Shown in pieces: positions 27,745-42,585 of a stretch of DNA of 64,000 nucleotides (positions within the stretch are counted from its first letter, which is position 1; every line of letters starts with the position of its first letter). The notes beneath the pieces are model-generated. The model had not been told where the DNA came from. It saw nothing but the letters and a program-made list of their open reading frames with translations, and searched no databases. Origin of the DNA: the human T2T-CHM13v2.0 reference genome, Homo sapiens. The position numbers and the translations under genes are program-made. The DNA lies in the NCBI RefSeq assembly GCF_009914755.1, contig NC_060925.1. The stretch is one strand, 5' to 3'.

Positions 27745-30700
27745 CAGGGGAACAGTTTATATCTTTGGAAACAGACAGTCAGAACTTGGGTCTGAAGCCA
27801 CATAGTTATAGTGAATGCCTGTGAAATGGAGATGATAATAAGACTACTTGTAAGCCACTGTGAGAACGAAATGAGACAACAATGTACAGAAATACCTGAA
27901 AGATAATATGGTTCATGACATTGCATATATCACACTAGTTCTCTTCAGTTCCTTCCCATGTGCAGTCAACACCTCTATGCAAAGGACCGGGGACAGCTTC
28001 CCTCTTTAAAGTGAGATGCAAAACAGCCCTAGTGGAGAGTCTCTTGGCTTGCCTGTGGCTAGACTCTTCATTCCCCACATACAGCTCACTCTGTTCCTCT
28101 GAGATACTGCCCACTGTGGACCAGGAATCCAGAGTGGAAACATCGCAGTCTCCATGACAATGTGAAGACATGATTCTAAGGAGCCCCTTCCTAGAAGAAA
28201 ATGAAAACCTGGCTATTAAAGGCTGAAAGTAAAATTTCCCCTTGGGTGATGGAGCTAGATGGAGAGGAAGAAGAGGAATTCTAGGTTCTGCCACTGAAAA
28301 GGGAATCTGAACACAGCCATGGCAATCAGCTCTGGTGTCTGTGCCAAGGGCCTCTGATAACCAACCCAGTCGGTCTAAAGAAAATCATTAATGTCGCCTT
28401 TCTTGTCACTTTACTTTCTGCTGTGTCACCACAGGAGGCTGCATTTATTGGCAATTATTTTGTTTTCTTTTGGCACAGTTACAGGGAGGGAGAGAGGTGA
28501 AAAGGAGAGAGAGGCCCCAAGACACAGTGGTCCAGTTAAATGTCAGCTTGGCATGGAACAGACGTGCTGGTGAAGTAGAAAAGATATAGATAATTGCCTA
28601 ATGATTCTGGCAAGAAATATGCATTTCTCTCAACAGAGAAAAGACAACCATGGCCCACCACTCCCTCCCCACAAAGACATCCACAGAATGGTCAGTGTGA
28701 GAGCCTGTGTGCCCCAATACGCCATTTGCCTTCCCTCTACCTTCTCCAAATTATCATGCTGAATTACGGGGGCCTCACACAGGCAGCCCCCATACCACCT
28801 GAACACTGGTCTGCTGGGACTCAGAATGTGACGATCTGCCTAGATTCAGGACACAGCAGGTTGGGCCACACCTGCTGGCCTCCTGCAGGACTCCTGCCCC
28901 TCCTTGCTGTCAGACCAGGACCAAGTGTGCAGCCCTTCACTCCTGTCTACAACACGGTGGCTCAATCCACTTCACTGGCCTCTGCCTCATCCCCTGTTCC
29001 TGAGTTCTTATAAATGGTCTTACCTTGTACTCAACCCCAGCCTGACCCTGATTCCAAACTCAAGGTCTTCTCACCCTTGTCTCCTTGCCATTCCTCTCCT
29101 CTAAGCTCAGAGGGGAGCCCCTACAGCTTCTCGGTGGCAATGCTAGGCTGGCTGGACCCCTAGCAGTGGCAGTCATGAAATTTTGCATCATTTGGCCCCA
29201 CATGCCATATGCTGATGTTTCATCAGCTTCTGGTACTGTTTCTAGAATTGTGAATGTGGCCACCAAACCCAGCAGCTGGTGTATCTGACCAGCCCCGTGT
29301 AGAACTAGCTCTGTTCCTGGTTCAATCCCACAATCCAGTCCCAGGTCAGCACCAACTCCCTCCTCTGCCCACCTGCTCTAGACCATCTTGACCTTCCCTT
29401 TCAAGAAGGCGCCCAAAGGTACCACTCTGCAGATTTCAGACTTGTACCTAGTAGTCTGGGACTCCCACAAGGCGAAGTTCCCCCTCATACCCGTGTTTCC
29501 TCCATAAAGTAGCAAGTGAGAAAGCCCCAGGATTAACAATGTCATACAAACCTCGGTAGCACTGCCCTCTAGGGGCCCGAGTGAGCCCCCTTCTCCCACA
29601 GAGGTCCTGACACCAGGGCTCTTGTGCGTAGGAAGTCCGTCCTCTGCCCAGAGGTGGAGTGGCTTTATCCTTGTTGCAGACTGTGCCCTAAGCCCAGTTC
29701 TGGCTATCAGTTCTCATCAGTGTCAGGAGATAGGAAGTCCTGTTCTCTCCCAGGCTGATGCTCTCAGGCCAGCATGGTCACAGGGCTGGCGCATGGGCCT
29801 GACCCGGTCCTCTGGTCCTCGCAGTTCGCTCTCCCTCTTCCTACAGGGCCTGCACCCCTGACTGTGTGTCTGAGTCCGTAAGTCTAGGCCCCTGTTCTGG
29901 TTTCCATTGCTGAGGTCCTGCCTGCCCAGTGCCCCATCCCCTGTCATTCTGGCCCTGCTCTGCCTGTTCCTGCCTGACTTCCAGAGCCCTGAGCATGGTG
30001 TTGGAACTCAGGTCAGGGCTGCAGTCTGGCTATGTGCAGCTCTGGGCCACATGATGCTGCCTGCAATATGTTAAAATGTCACCTGCCCTAGACCGTCTAT
30101 GGCTGCATTCCAGCCACCTTTTGTAGCCCACCATTCCTTAACCCTGGACCCTTAATTTCTAAGTGTCCTTGGACTATAATGAGAAACATCCTACTTCGTT
30201 GTCAGATGGACCCCTTCTCTCTCAGTCAATCCCCACCTCTCCCCCCGCCCCCAAGCTGGCCCAAGCTCTGCCCTGTGGCCTGCCTTGCTGTAAGTTCCAG
30301 CTAAACTGTATTGGATGCTGACCTAGGATGAAAATACCTGTCCTCACATTAATTCTCACATTACCCCAATGGGGCAATCAGTGCAAAATTTAAGTTCTCC
30401 AGCTCTTTCCACTTTTAGTAGTGTATTTTATTTTTAACATGAAGCAGGTATTAGAAAAGGAGATACTTCACTTAACCTTCTGAGGAGGGTCCAGGCTTGA
30501 CCTAAGGGCCATTCCTCAGTAGTCCCAAATCCCTCAGTTTTGGAGGGCCCACTGAAAGAGCAGTCAGTTTATTTCATCATCATGGCCGGGGGAGCACTTT
30601 ACACATTTCATGTGGAAATGCCACGTGCGGTCATCTCAGAAAGGCCTCGGCTTACCGTTAGCGTTATCGTTTCTACCACTGAACACTCAGCACCCTCAGA

Positions 30701-31843
30701 GGGTTAGATGGGATTACTGGGCAGAAGAGATAAGCCCTGCTCCCAGTGGGAAGGCTCATGTGTTAGTATATTTACTGCTTTGTCCAAAACTCCTGGGCTT
30801 CTTCCACTGCTGCCTGGCTGGGATTGTTCAGCCCACAGCTAGAGACTTGGTGATGACCCCAACGGAGGCCTGTGTGAGTGCGCACCGACACAGAACAGCT
30901 CTGCTTCCAAAGGTGGGTCTTAAAGGCCTGAAACTTGATGTGAGTGGAGGACTCGTAAGCCCCCTGCTAAGGACTGGCTCTCTTGTCTGATACTTTCCCA
31001 CTTTCCTTCTCCAGTCATGGTGGTTTCTGCCCATCCCTCTGATCTGCCTCCCTTTTTTCTGAATTATCTGTCTGCTGTCACACGTCCGGAAAGAGAGCAG
31101 CTCTCCTGTGAGCATGCATTGTGATGATGGGGCAGTAGGTTGAAAGGCCTGTGAGTCACCTCCCTACCCTGGCCTCAGTTTCTTCATCTGTAAAATGAAG
31201 AATGCTGGACCAGACATACTTTAAGGTCTCTTTCAAGTAGGAGTTCTTCGCTGTTTTTGGGCCATGGATCCTTCTCAGAATAATGTTTTAAAAAGCATTA
31301 AATAAAATATAAAAAGTGACAAAGGAAGCCAGCTAAGCAGAAATGCTGTTCCACCTCTGTGGATCCCAGGTGCAGAGCCAGCGCTCTGCTTTAATATGAG
31401 GTAATGAGGTCATGCTCTGAGATTCTCACAGTAACCTAGAGCAGCAGGGAGTTAAGATGCAAGGCTTGCATACCCGAAGCAACTAGCTGTGTGATTCTGG
31501 GGCGGTTACTCCGTTTTCTTGCACCTGTTTCCTCAATTAAAAAATGGAAACAATACCCCTAATCTCACAGAGTCAGAGGGGATTCTCAGAGTCAGCACTC
31601 CATTAATGAAGGCCGCCCTCCTCCCAGTTTATAGAAAGAAAACTTAGTTGGAGAAAGTTTCAGTGTCTTGCTTACAGCCATTTAGTGGTTAGGAACAAAA
31701 AACCAGGCTTGCAGCCCATGTATTCTTAACTCTTAATCTAGGGCTCTGTCCCTATCCCAAGGGCTGAAGCGCAGCTCTCCTGGATCCTTCCGGGAGAGGA
31801 ATGTCACTCCTGGCCTCCCACACGGCCCTCTTCTTGTGATCTG

Positions 31844-31862
31844 CAGCGCCACCTGGTGGAGA
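31844..31862 (-). promoter_or_regulatory. CTCF binding motif (reverse)
   Basis: Minus strand TCTCCACCAGGTGGCGCTG is a full consensus core match. Confidence 0.75.
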
Positions 31863-33527
31863 TTTGCTGTTTCTTCCTTAGCCCCCTGCATTGGCTCCAA
31901 CTTCTCAATAAACAGCATTCACAGTTCGCATTTTATAAGATGTAGGAGGGACATAATGGGAGATCAGCAAAGACAGCTGGAGTGAGAGACGGTATTGGCC
32001 TCGGTCTCTGATCAGAAACGCAGCCAATCAGGCCAACATGAGGAGGGTCGCAGTGTGGGTAATGGCTGCACTCCTAATACCACTTCTTGTACATTGGAAC
32101 TTTGGAATTCCTAAGTAACAGTGTGATTTAGTCACAACTGAAGGACTACTGAGCCTTTACTATAAATGATAGTTCAAGTTTCACTGAGTTTGAGATGCCT
32201 TACAGCAGGTTAGGTGGTCTGCACTCCCAAATCCTTGTTCCTTTCACCTGCTCCCCTCCAATAAAGGGCCACAACTGCCCCCATCAAAAGAGCCAACGAG
32301 AATCATGGCATTGGTGGAATCACCCAAAAAGTGGACCAACATGGTCTTAGTATTCTCATCTGTGTCTATATATACTGTCGAAATCCTCTAGAATGTCACT
32401 TGTGTTTATGTACTTTACTTTCATCATGCATAGCCCATAGCAACATCCCTTTTTCCTATATTGAAGACATTCAGCCTGAGCACTGAAGTTCATCTTGCAA
32501 TCAATGCCACTCAAATTTCTAGTGCTTTTCATCTCTGAACTCTTTAACTGTGGAAATAGACATGACTTATTCTGGAAACCTTGACTCTATTCTCGTGATC
32601 TCCTCTGCAAACTGTTAAATGTTTTTCATACTGATGGGGTCACGAAGTCCTACAACGACATCACTATGAATTCTGCCTTAGCACCCAAATTTTTCCATCA
32701 TGATTTAGATTCTATCATTATCTCTCCTTTTCTGGCATCTTTTACATCTCTGCGTCACAAACATTTTACAATTGTTTCCAGAGCACAGGGAGAAATGGGG
32801 AAGAGTTCGCAGAAAGAATAGGGTCATTCCAATGGCCATGATATAGTTCGCTGCATTTCTTTGAAGAAAAGTGCTGCCCATTTCTAACATTTCTAAATTA
32901 CTTCAATGCCATTGGAGCTAGCTAGCTTTCTAAAGCAGAGTTCTTGGTATTCTATGCCTTTCCTCAAAAATGACTCCTTGGACTTATAGCATTCTATCTT
33001 TCCAGTCTCACTTTCTTCCTTTCCCTTTTACTCACCGTCTGCCTCTGCCCTACTAGACTACTTGCTACTCACCTTCATGCTTCTTCACCTTTGCCTTTGC
33101 AGCTTCCTGAGCCTAGTATACCTTTTCCAACATGACTGTTGGTTGAAATTCTACACAACACAGTTTAGATGACATCCACTCTAGTTAGAATTAATCACTT
33201 CTTTCTTCTCTTTTACAATTTTTTTTTCATTTTTTGCTTTTCTATCTACATTTATTTAATTCTGCCTTAAGTTAAAGTTAGTTTTTTATATCTTTCCCCT
33301 CTATGTTGCAAACTCCTCAAGGGACAGGACCGTATTATCTTTCTAGATCCCCCCATTCCAGTGTCTAAGTACTCGAGAACATTCTCTATAATGCCACCTG
33401 GGATAAGACTTCAGAGACTCAACATGTTTTGCTGAGTCTCTAAAGGAACTCAAGTAGCAAGAAGAAACCGGTAAGAAGCCTTGGGACTGTCAGGGTAAGA
33501 AGTCACTAGGTAGGTGTGTGTTACTCA

Positions 33528-33731
<204 letters not shown>

Positions 33732-33869
33732 TCAACTCAATGAGAACTTAACATGACAATGATTTGGTCCTCAATCTCTAGAGTAGAGAAGGAGACTTAG
33801 AAGGAATGGCCTTTTCTATTTCATATTTAACCACTCAGAGCTGTCTAGAGTTAGTTCAGACACAACTAG

Positions 33870-34163
<294 letters not shown>

Positions 34164-35008
34164 TGGGCGCTCCTTTATAAAATTTTCTTGGCATGGACAG
34201 AGATAGCATTCTGGTCAGTGGTCCCTGCCGTACCTCAGCAATACCTGTGCGCATCAGGCAAAGGGCCTTGGAAGAAGCGGTAGGCAGCTCTCTATGCCTG
34301 AAGCAGCAGCTGCGTATGTCTCTAACCCTCAGTGGCAGGCTCACCAGTAGCTGTTTATTTTGAATTAGATTGTTGGTGCCATCATCCTGCTGGTGACCAC
34401 ATCCCATGCATAAGTTTTTGGGATTATGAATGTTGACCTTTCACTGTGTGCAGGTAGTGAAATACTAAGGCAAGGAACATTTTTCATGGGGTGTTTCCAT
34501 TTTGTTAAGCCTTCCCTCTTACTAGCTGGACCTGAGAAAAGCAGTTTGCTTCAGGAAAAGACATGGGCCAAACACATCTGTTTGCACATGCTTTTGCCTG
34601 GAAGGGGGTTATTAGCAAAGGAATTTTTTTTCTGTAATCATGGCAGTGGTTAGCAGAGAATTGTTTCCTAATTGTGGGCTAGGATAACTAGTGTATTGTA
34701 TTGTTGTTTCTTTGTGAGTGTGCCTAGAGGCAATGAAATGGACACCTCTTTTATAAACAAAAAACAAAATCAAAACAAGGCTTTGTCAGATGCTCACCAG
34801 GCAAAAACTCTTAAATGGACAAGATGGCTGCTGCTTGGAAGAACAGCTGCTTCCTGGAGAAGAAGAACAGCTTCTTCTTCTCCCTGCTCCTCCTGCATTG
34901 CCCTGGGATACTGGGGACCTGGAGCAAAGCCATGAGGCAGGGCATTTTTCTTTGTTTTAGTTTTATCACCTTGGATCAAGACAAGCCCATGAAGTAGAAG
35001 GTGCTCAC

Positions 35009-35160
35009 CTGTCTCCACTTTGGAGTGGTCCATCCTGTCAGTGACTTTCTCTTGACGGAGGAGGTAATCTACAATCTGCACCCCGATTGGTGGCTCTGAG
35101 TGTTCCCACTCCAGGACCACAAGAGTGCTGCTGGGCTCGTGAACCGTGGAGAGTCTCAGC
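35009..35160 (-). CDS. ASTN1: ASTN1 coding exon (probably exon 19), [10 protein letters not shown]...DHSKVET; fibronectin type III domain
   Basis: Acceptor cacag|GCTG, donor ACAG|gtgagc. Length 152 nt (1+150+1). Confidence 0.96.
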
Positions 35161-38100
35161 CTGTGTGCAGACAGGAAGGAACATGAAACAGGGACACAAC
35201 TGTGACTCACTTTGGGCACTGACTACCTCAATTGTGATACTGTAAGCTTTTCTTTCCCAACCAACTACAAAAATGATCTCTTTGAGGGCCTGTCTCTTTC
35301 AAAAGATAGTAATGTTTTTGAGGACTCTTGAGATCTATGTTTTATGTATTAAATGCCTGTTACATATTATAAACTCAGCCAATAAGTGTAAATAAATAAA
35401 TCAGTAGGTGAGTCAAAGATTAATGAATGTCTGCATATTACATGGGTCAGAGGATAGGGCTTTTGGAGTAGTACCATTTTATATGGCTGGAAAATATCAT
35501 AATTTCTAGATTTTCTCTTGAAAAATATCAAGAGAGTGTGTGTATACTGCTCATATAAAGACGTATTGAAGGTGATGTCCAGAATCTCAAATTAATAAGG
35601 CCACAGTTGGTTTGGCTTCCATAACCTTATCAGGATCTGCCGTGCTGGTGGGGGAAACCCCAGCTTCCCTTCTTGCTATGGGAACTAACCTATCCTTTTC
35701 TCCAGGCCATCTGCTAGCTGGACCTTGGAACAGGTTCAGTTTGGAAGTAATATTCATAGGGGGCTTTACTGGACAAGAGAAAGTTGGCCACATGTCAAGT
35801 TCTCCTTGGAGTGATGTCTTCTGCCTGCTTGCCCAGATTCTGATTTCAGTTTCTGTCTTTGCTCTTGGGTTTATATGGATATCCTGGTTCCTGATTCCAG
35901 CCTTTCCTTGCTTTTCTCACTTCATACTCTCCTTATTCTTTACAAGTTGTCCACATTTACCACTGTCTTGCCTTGCCAGCTCATACCTCTCTGTACCTCG
36001 CAGAAACTTAATAATCCTTGTTGGCATTCACTGGTATGGATCTCTTAATTGTCCACGTGGTTTCAATTCACAGCCACCTTCTGATTTCTTGTATGTGCCT
36101 CAGGTTTCCCCTCTTTCTTCCAATTCTGTGTTTCTTTCAAGATGAGTGGATTCTGGGAATGTTCCCCATTCCTGCTCACTCCAGCCTCCCTCCCTTACAA
36201 GTATCCCTGCCATTTATCTCATCCTTGGTTCCCAGATATCATGATCACTCATATTCCTGGCCCTCCTTTTCTCTGCTTGGCTCACAGGTGCCTGTCGGTC
36301 GTCTCAAGGATCACTGTGCAAGGTACTAAGAATGAATGACACCAAACCATCTGCAATCTTCAATTTCAATTCAACAGATATTTGTGAAGCATCCATTTGC
36401 TACTGGGGATGCAGTGGTGCACAAGCCCATCCCAGTCCCTTCTTTAAAGGAGCTTAGTGAGCAATAGAAGCATATAATTATACATGTGATTATAATAATA
36501 TGTGATAAGAGTTTCAAAAATAAATTATAGTAGACTGTGGACACAAAAGTAAGGAATTCAACTAGTGGGAAAATAATACAAAACACATGCTCTTCTGTTA
36601 GTGAAGGAGTGCATAGTTTGCATATGACATTGAAGATGGAATAGACCCAAAACTGTGCAGATATTGACAAATTCATTAATTAGAGTCATATGCAGAGTGC
36701 TGTTTTGAAAAAAAAAGCATTAGGAATGTTAAATAAGTTAGATTTCTGAGAACACAAATTCTGTGAAAATATGGACTAAACCCGGCCTCTTCTGAGAAAT
36801 AGAAGTGTATATGATTTACACAGACTTGTGTAAAACTAAAGTATATTTTCGTTTCCCACTGAAACTAAGGTTTGCTACTGAAGGAGGTGATCAGTTGTCA
36901 AGAAAAGGAAAGTCCTTAATAGACATTTACTGTTTATGAAAATTTAGCCCAATTTAATCTTTTGCAATAAGATTTAGTAAACACAGGTTTAAAAACAAAA
37001 TAAGCCCTAGGACATTATGGCTGGATCTTGTGTCCACCTGATAACATTTGGTAGCTTCAGTATTGTTTCAGAGGTAGCTCTCTTACCTGGTGAATTAGTG
37101 TAACAGCAGCAGTTCTCCTAGTGGCTCCCTTTATACTAAATGAAGGAACTTTTATTAATAATGAGCTTGATTCTCTTTTAACTCAAGAAGTCCAATCATG
37201 ACTATGAAGAACAGGAAGCCAAAGGCTAGTGTATCTACAGGCAAAGGCTGTAGGTATCTAAAACCACCTACAGAGAGAAGACAGACTGTGGACAAGAGAA
37301 GAAATTGGCTTGTAATGACCCTCTAGTGCTGCATTCTCCTCTTTCCTCTGATTTCTTCTTGCTCTGTCCTGGCCCTTTAGTGCCTACCCGCACCTGCATG
37401 AAACAGGCCAGAGGGCAGCCTCTCAATTGCTGCTTTCCTAAGCGGTCTGTTGCTCCTGCCTACTCAGCCTTTCACTTTTGCAGGCCCTGATCTTTACTTC
37501 AGGATTTCTTTGCCTTACCAGCCCCTGGGGTCACTCTCTTCCAGCTTGTCATGCCAGCAGTCTTTATTAGATACAATATTCCTGTGGCTTCAGTCCCATG
37601 GCAGATGCCATATTAGAGGCTACAAGGGATTCTTGTCTCAGGTCCTGGCCCTCAGCTTGGCCAGTTCTGTTTCGTCTTCCATTGAGGGGAAGGAAATTGG
37701 GCATGTCCATTCTCAGACACCTTTGTAGCACTTCATCCTCTTCACCCCTCAAATGCAGACTCTCCTATTGTTCATCCCCAGCCCTCTGCTCTTCCCACTT
37801 GATTATTGTTCTGGAGCACTCTTTCTAATAGCTGTGGTTTCATCTCCCATTTCTCTGGGGTTGACTGAAATCTCATCTCTAGTATTTACTTTTTTGCAGA
37901 GCTCCATCTTTCTTTCTGCACACTGAACATCCCCACACACTCAACTACCCCATGACAGCTCCAAGGCAAGCCCAAATGAAACTGGCTTCCTCCTCAAACC
38001 TGCCTATCCTTTGATTCTTCTTTGCTCACTGGTGGCCTATTCATCTTCCCAGCCACCAGGGTCAGAAGTCTTAAGTTCACTTTCCACTTCTCCTTTCTCC

Positions 38101-38697
38101 TCACCACTACTTCAATCAGTCACCAAGCCCTGTTGGTTCTGCCCCAGATCATCTCTCAATTTTATCCTCTCCGTACTATAATGGCCAAGAACATGCCTCT
38201 TAACCAATTCTGCTTCCTGCTCTACCACTTTGGAAAATCATTCAATCCATTTGAATGCATTTTTTTTTGTCTATTAAATGAGCAGTATCTAACTGCTCCA
38301 TACAATGCCTGGCACCCAGTAAGTGTTCAATGAGTGGTTATGTTTTTGGTCTAGTTAAGCTCTCAGTGTAGATCTCTAACTTCTTCCATTACAATGGCAC
38401 TTTTCTCCCCATTGTCTTCTAGTTATGCTGTCCTACTTTCTCCACCTTCAAGGAGAAGTTCAAGCGCCACCTCCTCCACAGAGCCGTCACCATGGCGTCA
38501 GTTCAGACTTGACCATTCCCTCTTCACACTTTCTTTAAATGCCTCTTGTTAACACTTGTCACACCCTTTCTCTACTAAAACCATCTGTGCTGCCTCCCTT
38601 GGTAGATTGAAAGCTCTCTAAAGGCAGGTATTGTGTCATATTTTTCTTTGTTTCCCAGTACCCAGCCTATTTCTTTGCAAATAGTAGACGCTCATTA

Positions 38698-38919
<222 letters not shown>

Positions 38920-39429
38920 CTAGGCCATCAGAATCAAGAGGCAGAGTGTCAAGGATCTGCATGGCCCTAAATTACTTCCAGCAGCAGGTTGTGTCGCCAC
39001 TTTATCATTGTCTCAAATTCTGATTCCAGGAGATTGTTTCTGGGAAGCCTGAGCCTCTTAGAACCTCTAGGGTGTCCATCTCCCTTTACCGTAACAGTTC
39101 CTCCTTGTGGTAATGGGCTGCCACTTTGGCAGCAAGTCATATTCCGCCCTCCATCTGTCTCATATACCACTCCATCATTCCACAACTTAGGCTCTAGAAA
39201 AAAAATTACGCCTCTACCACACATCTTCTGGGTGGCTACTCTTCCCTCTGCCCAGAGGCATTTGCCTTTTCCCAAATGCTTCTCTGTGCATCCTTATCTA
39301 CCTGCCCCAGTATTCCCTTTGCATTCCTTCAGCATGCTTTCTAACCTGCTTGCAATATTTTTGCAATGCTGCCTTGGGTTGTGACTTGGCATTAGGCATT
39401 TCTTTCTTAGTAAATCATGAACAGGAGAA

Positions 39430-39690
39430 GCAATGTGGCACACAGGCTAAGAGCTGGGCTCTGGAGCTGTCAGCCCTGAGTGAGAACTCCTGCTTTGCCA
39501 ATCACTGCCATGTGACCTTGGGCAAGTTACATAAGCTCAGTTTCCTCAATAATAAAATGGGATAAAAATAGCACTTTCCTAATAGGCTTGCTGTGATAAT
39601 TAAATCTAATAATATGTGCCAAATGAAATAATGTATGCATAGTACCTGGAACACATTAGTCACGAATAAATGCCAGCAATTATTATTGCC
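39430..39690 (+). mobile_element. MIR SINE, near full length
   Basis: tgtgaccttgggcaagttac...ctcagtttcctc..taaaatggga. Confidence 0.8.
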
Positions 39691-41412
39691 TTTGAATAAC
39701 AGGGTTGAGTCTTAGATAGAAATTTGTAACCATCACAGAACCTAGCAGAATTCTTTACATGCAGAGGGTTCATAGAGATATTTACTATTAAGTAAAAGGA
39801 CAGAAGAATAAAATTAGACCAGTGAAGTAACAGAACCCGTAATAGGGCCAGTCCCTGGTGGCGACGTGGATCCTGATGGAGTACTGACCCTTCAGTGGGG
39901 CGCTGCTGCCTCAGCCCTATCCCAAGGGGAGGGAGAGGGTGGGACTGGCTGCAGGGAGCATGGCTGGTCCAAGCTAGCCAAGTCAGGACTTTCTCTCTGG
40001 GTGAGCTCAACATCTGCAGCTTTGGCTGTTTCTTATGATTCTCTTCTCTTTGTTTCATTCTCACTACATTCACACCTAATCAGTAAATTAGAAAAGTGAA
40101 ACCTGGCTATCCTTGAAAATTTTAGACCAAAGAATTCAAAAGAAAAAAGAAAAAAGAAAAGAAAAAGAGACAAACGGAAAACAGGAGATAACTCTCCAAA
40201 AATCAGAATGTCTAAACCTAAAGCCAGCAGCCTATGTTCCATTCTTTCAGAACTTTACATTGGCCACCTTAGGTTAGAATAGTTAGACTAAGGGTCCATC
40301 CTGCCCCCTCCCCAGATTGGAAGCCTCTAGGAAACAGAAACCAATGAATGATTATAACTATCATTTGTGCAGAGATTTATAATTTACAAGGCCCTTTTTG
40401 ATGCTAACACTTTGATGAATGGTTATCATGATTTACAGTGGAGAAGACTGAGAGTCAAAGAGATGAGGTGACTTGCCCAGGGTCATAGGGTGGTGAAAAG
40501 GGCAGTGCCAGAACCTGAGTTCAACATGACTCACTGGACAACTCAGGCTCCCAGCATGAAGCCTGGTGCATAAGTGCCCACTTTATGCTTTGCCTGACTG
40601 ATCCAAACTCAAAATTAAAAGGTGCATTGCTTAAAACTAGGAAAACAGACGTCCTTTGAGATAGGTAGAATAAAGGCAACATTGTGACTACTGCCTTGCA
40701 GAGCCTTCAATCAACAATTATTTGCTAAGCACCTGCAAGGGGCCATTTTCTACGTGAAGCATTAAGGATACGAGGATGCACAAGACACCTGTGGCCCCTG
40801 TCTGCATAAATCTTAAAGTCAGATGACAAACAAACAAGCAAAGTTACAATAACCAAATCACCACACCTGTGGTTAGAACCTCAAAGGAAAAGGTTGAGCT
40901 GCCATGAATGCATATGGTGGCAAGAGAGACAAGGAAGGGTAGATAAGCTTACAGAAGGGTACGCGGAGGCCTCTATGAGGATGCAACTTTTTATCTGAGC
41001 TCTGAGGGCTGGATCAAAAGTTATTTACTCATGAAAGTTGAAGTAGTGTTCCAGGTTGAAAAAACAATGTCAACAAGACCAGCCTGGATGGAACTTGACT
41101 TCTAAAATCAATGGAAAAAAAGGTGGGTCTGTCTGTAAAAGACAGCCTGAGGGAGAAAAGACATTCTCAGCAAGTGGGAGGGAGACAGGGCTGAAACACA
41201 GAAGCCTTGTGGGTTATGGTGAGGCAGGGGGCCACATTTCAAGAGCGCTGGTAAGTAATTGCAGTATTTAAAACAGTGGAGCAACATGATCAGATTTTCA
41301 ATCCAAAAGAGAAAGGACAAATACCTGTGATGACAAATAAGCTAAATGTCATTTTGCAAAAGCTGTCACTTTCCATCTTCAATTCACACCACTCCATAAG
41401 AGTTCCTACTCT

Positions 41413-41727
<315 letters not shown>

Positions 41728-42135
41728 GAGTTTCTACTCTCTGAATCCTGGGCTGCAGGTAACTGCAAACTGTTGGATGAGGATAGAAGAGAGGAATTAA
41801 GAAGGAGCCCATTTGGAAAGAAAAAGAAAGGGAAATTACATTTGTCTGAGTATCTACAATGTACCCAGCATTGCATAGGGAATCCACATTTGTTATCAGA
41901 TTTAATTCTTATTCCAGGAAAGAAATAAAATTTTCCAATTTTTGTTATTGTTGTCTCTAAGGAGAGTGGTTGAACTTCAAGCTAAATTCATCTATCCATT
42001 CATTTATCTATTTATGCATCTATTCATTCATTTATTTAGCAGAAAATGAACTATGCATCAGCCACTTGCTAGGCACTGGGATTCTGGAGAAGAAAAACAT
42101 CCTCATAGTCTAGAGGGGAGGAAACAACTATGTCA

Positions 42136-42585
<450 letters not shown>

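Noticed and set aside
34794-35008. ~70-codon in-frame read-through of exon 19 into the intron
   Set aside because: Strong donor (CAG|gtgagc) and no nearby canonical poly(A) signal, so most likely a chance open frame.
35612-36145. Longest ORF in the track (177 aa, hydrophobic, plus strand)
   Set aside because: Non-ATG start, T-rich intronic composition explains the hydrophobic bias, no recognisable homology, and it is antisense to ASTN1.
39846-39906. Two partial CTCF-like strings (ccctggtggcg; cagtggggcgc)
   Set aside because: Both miss the CCAS 5' core; too weak to call.
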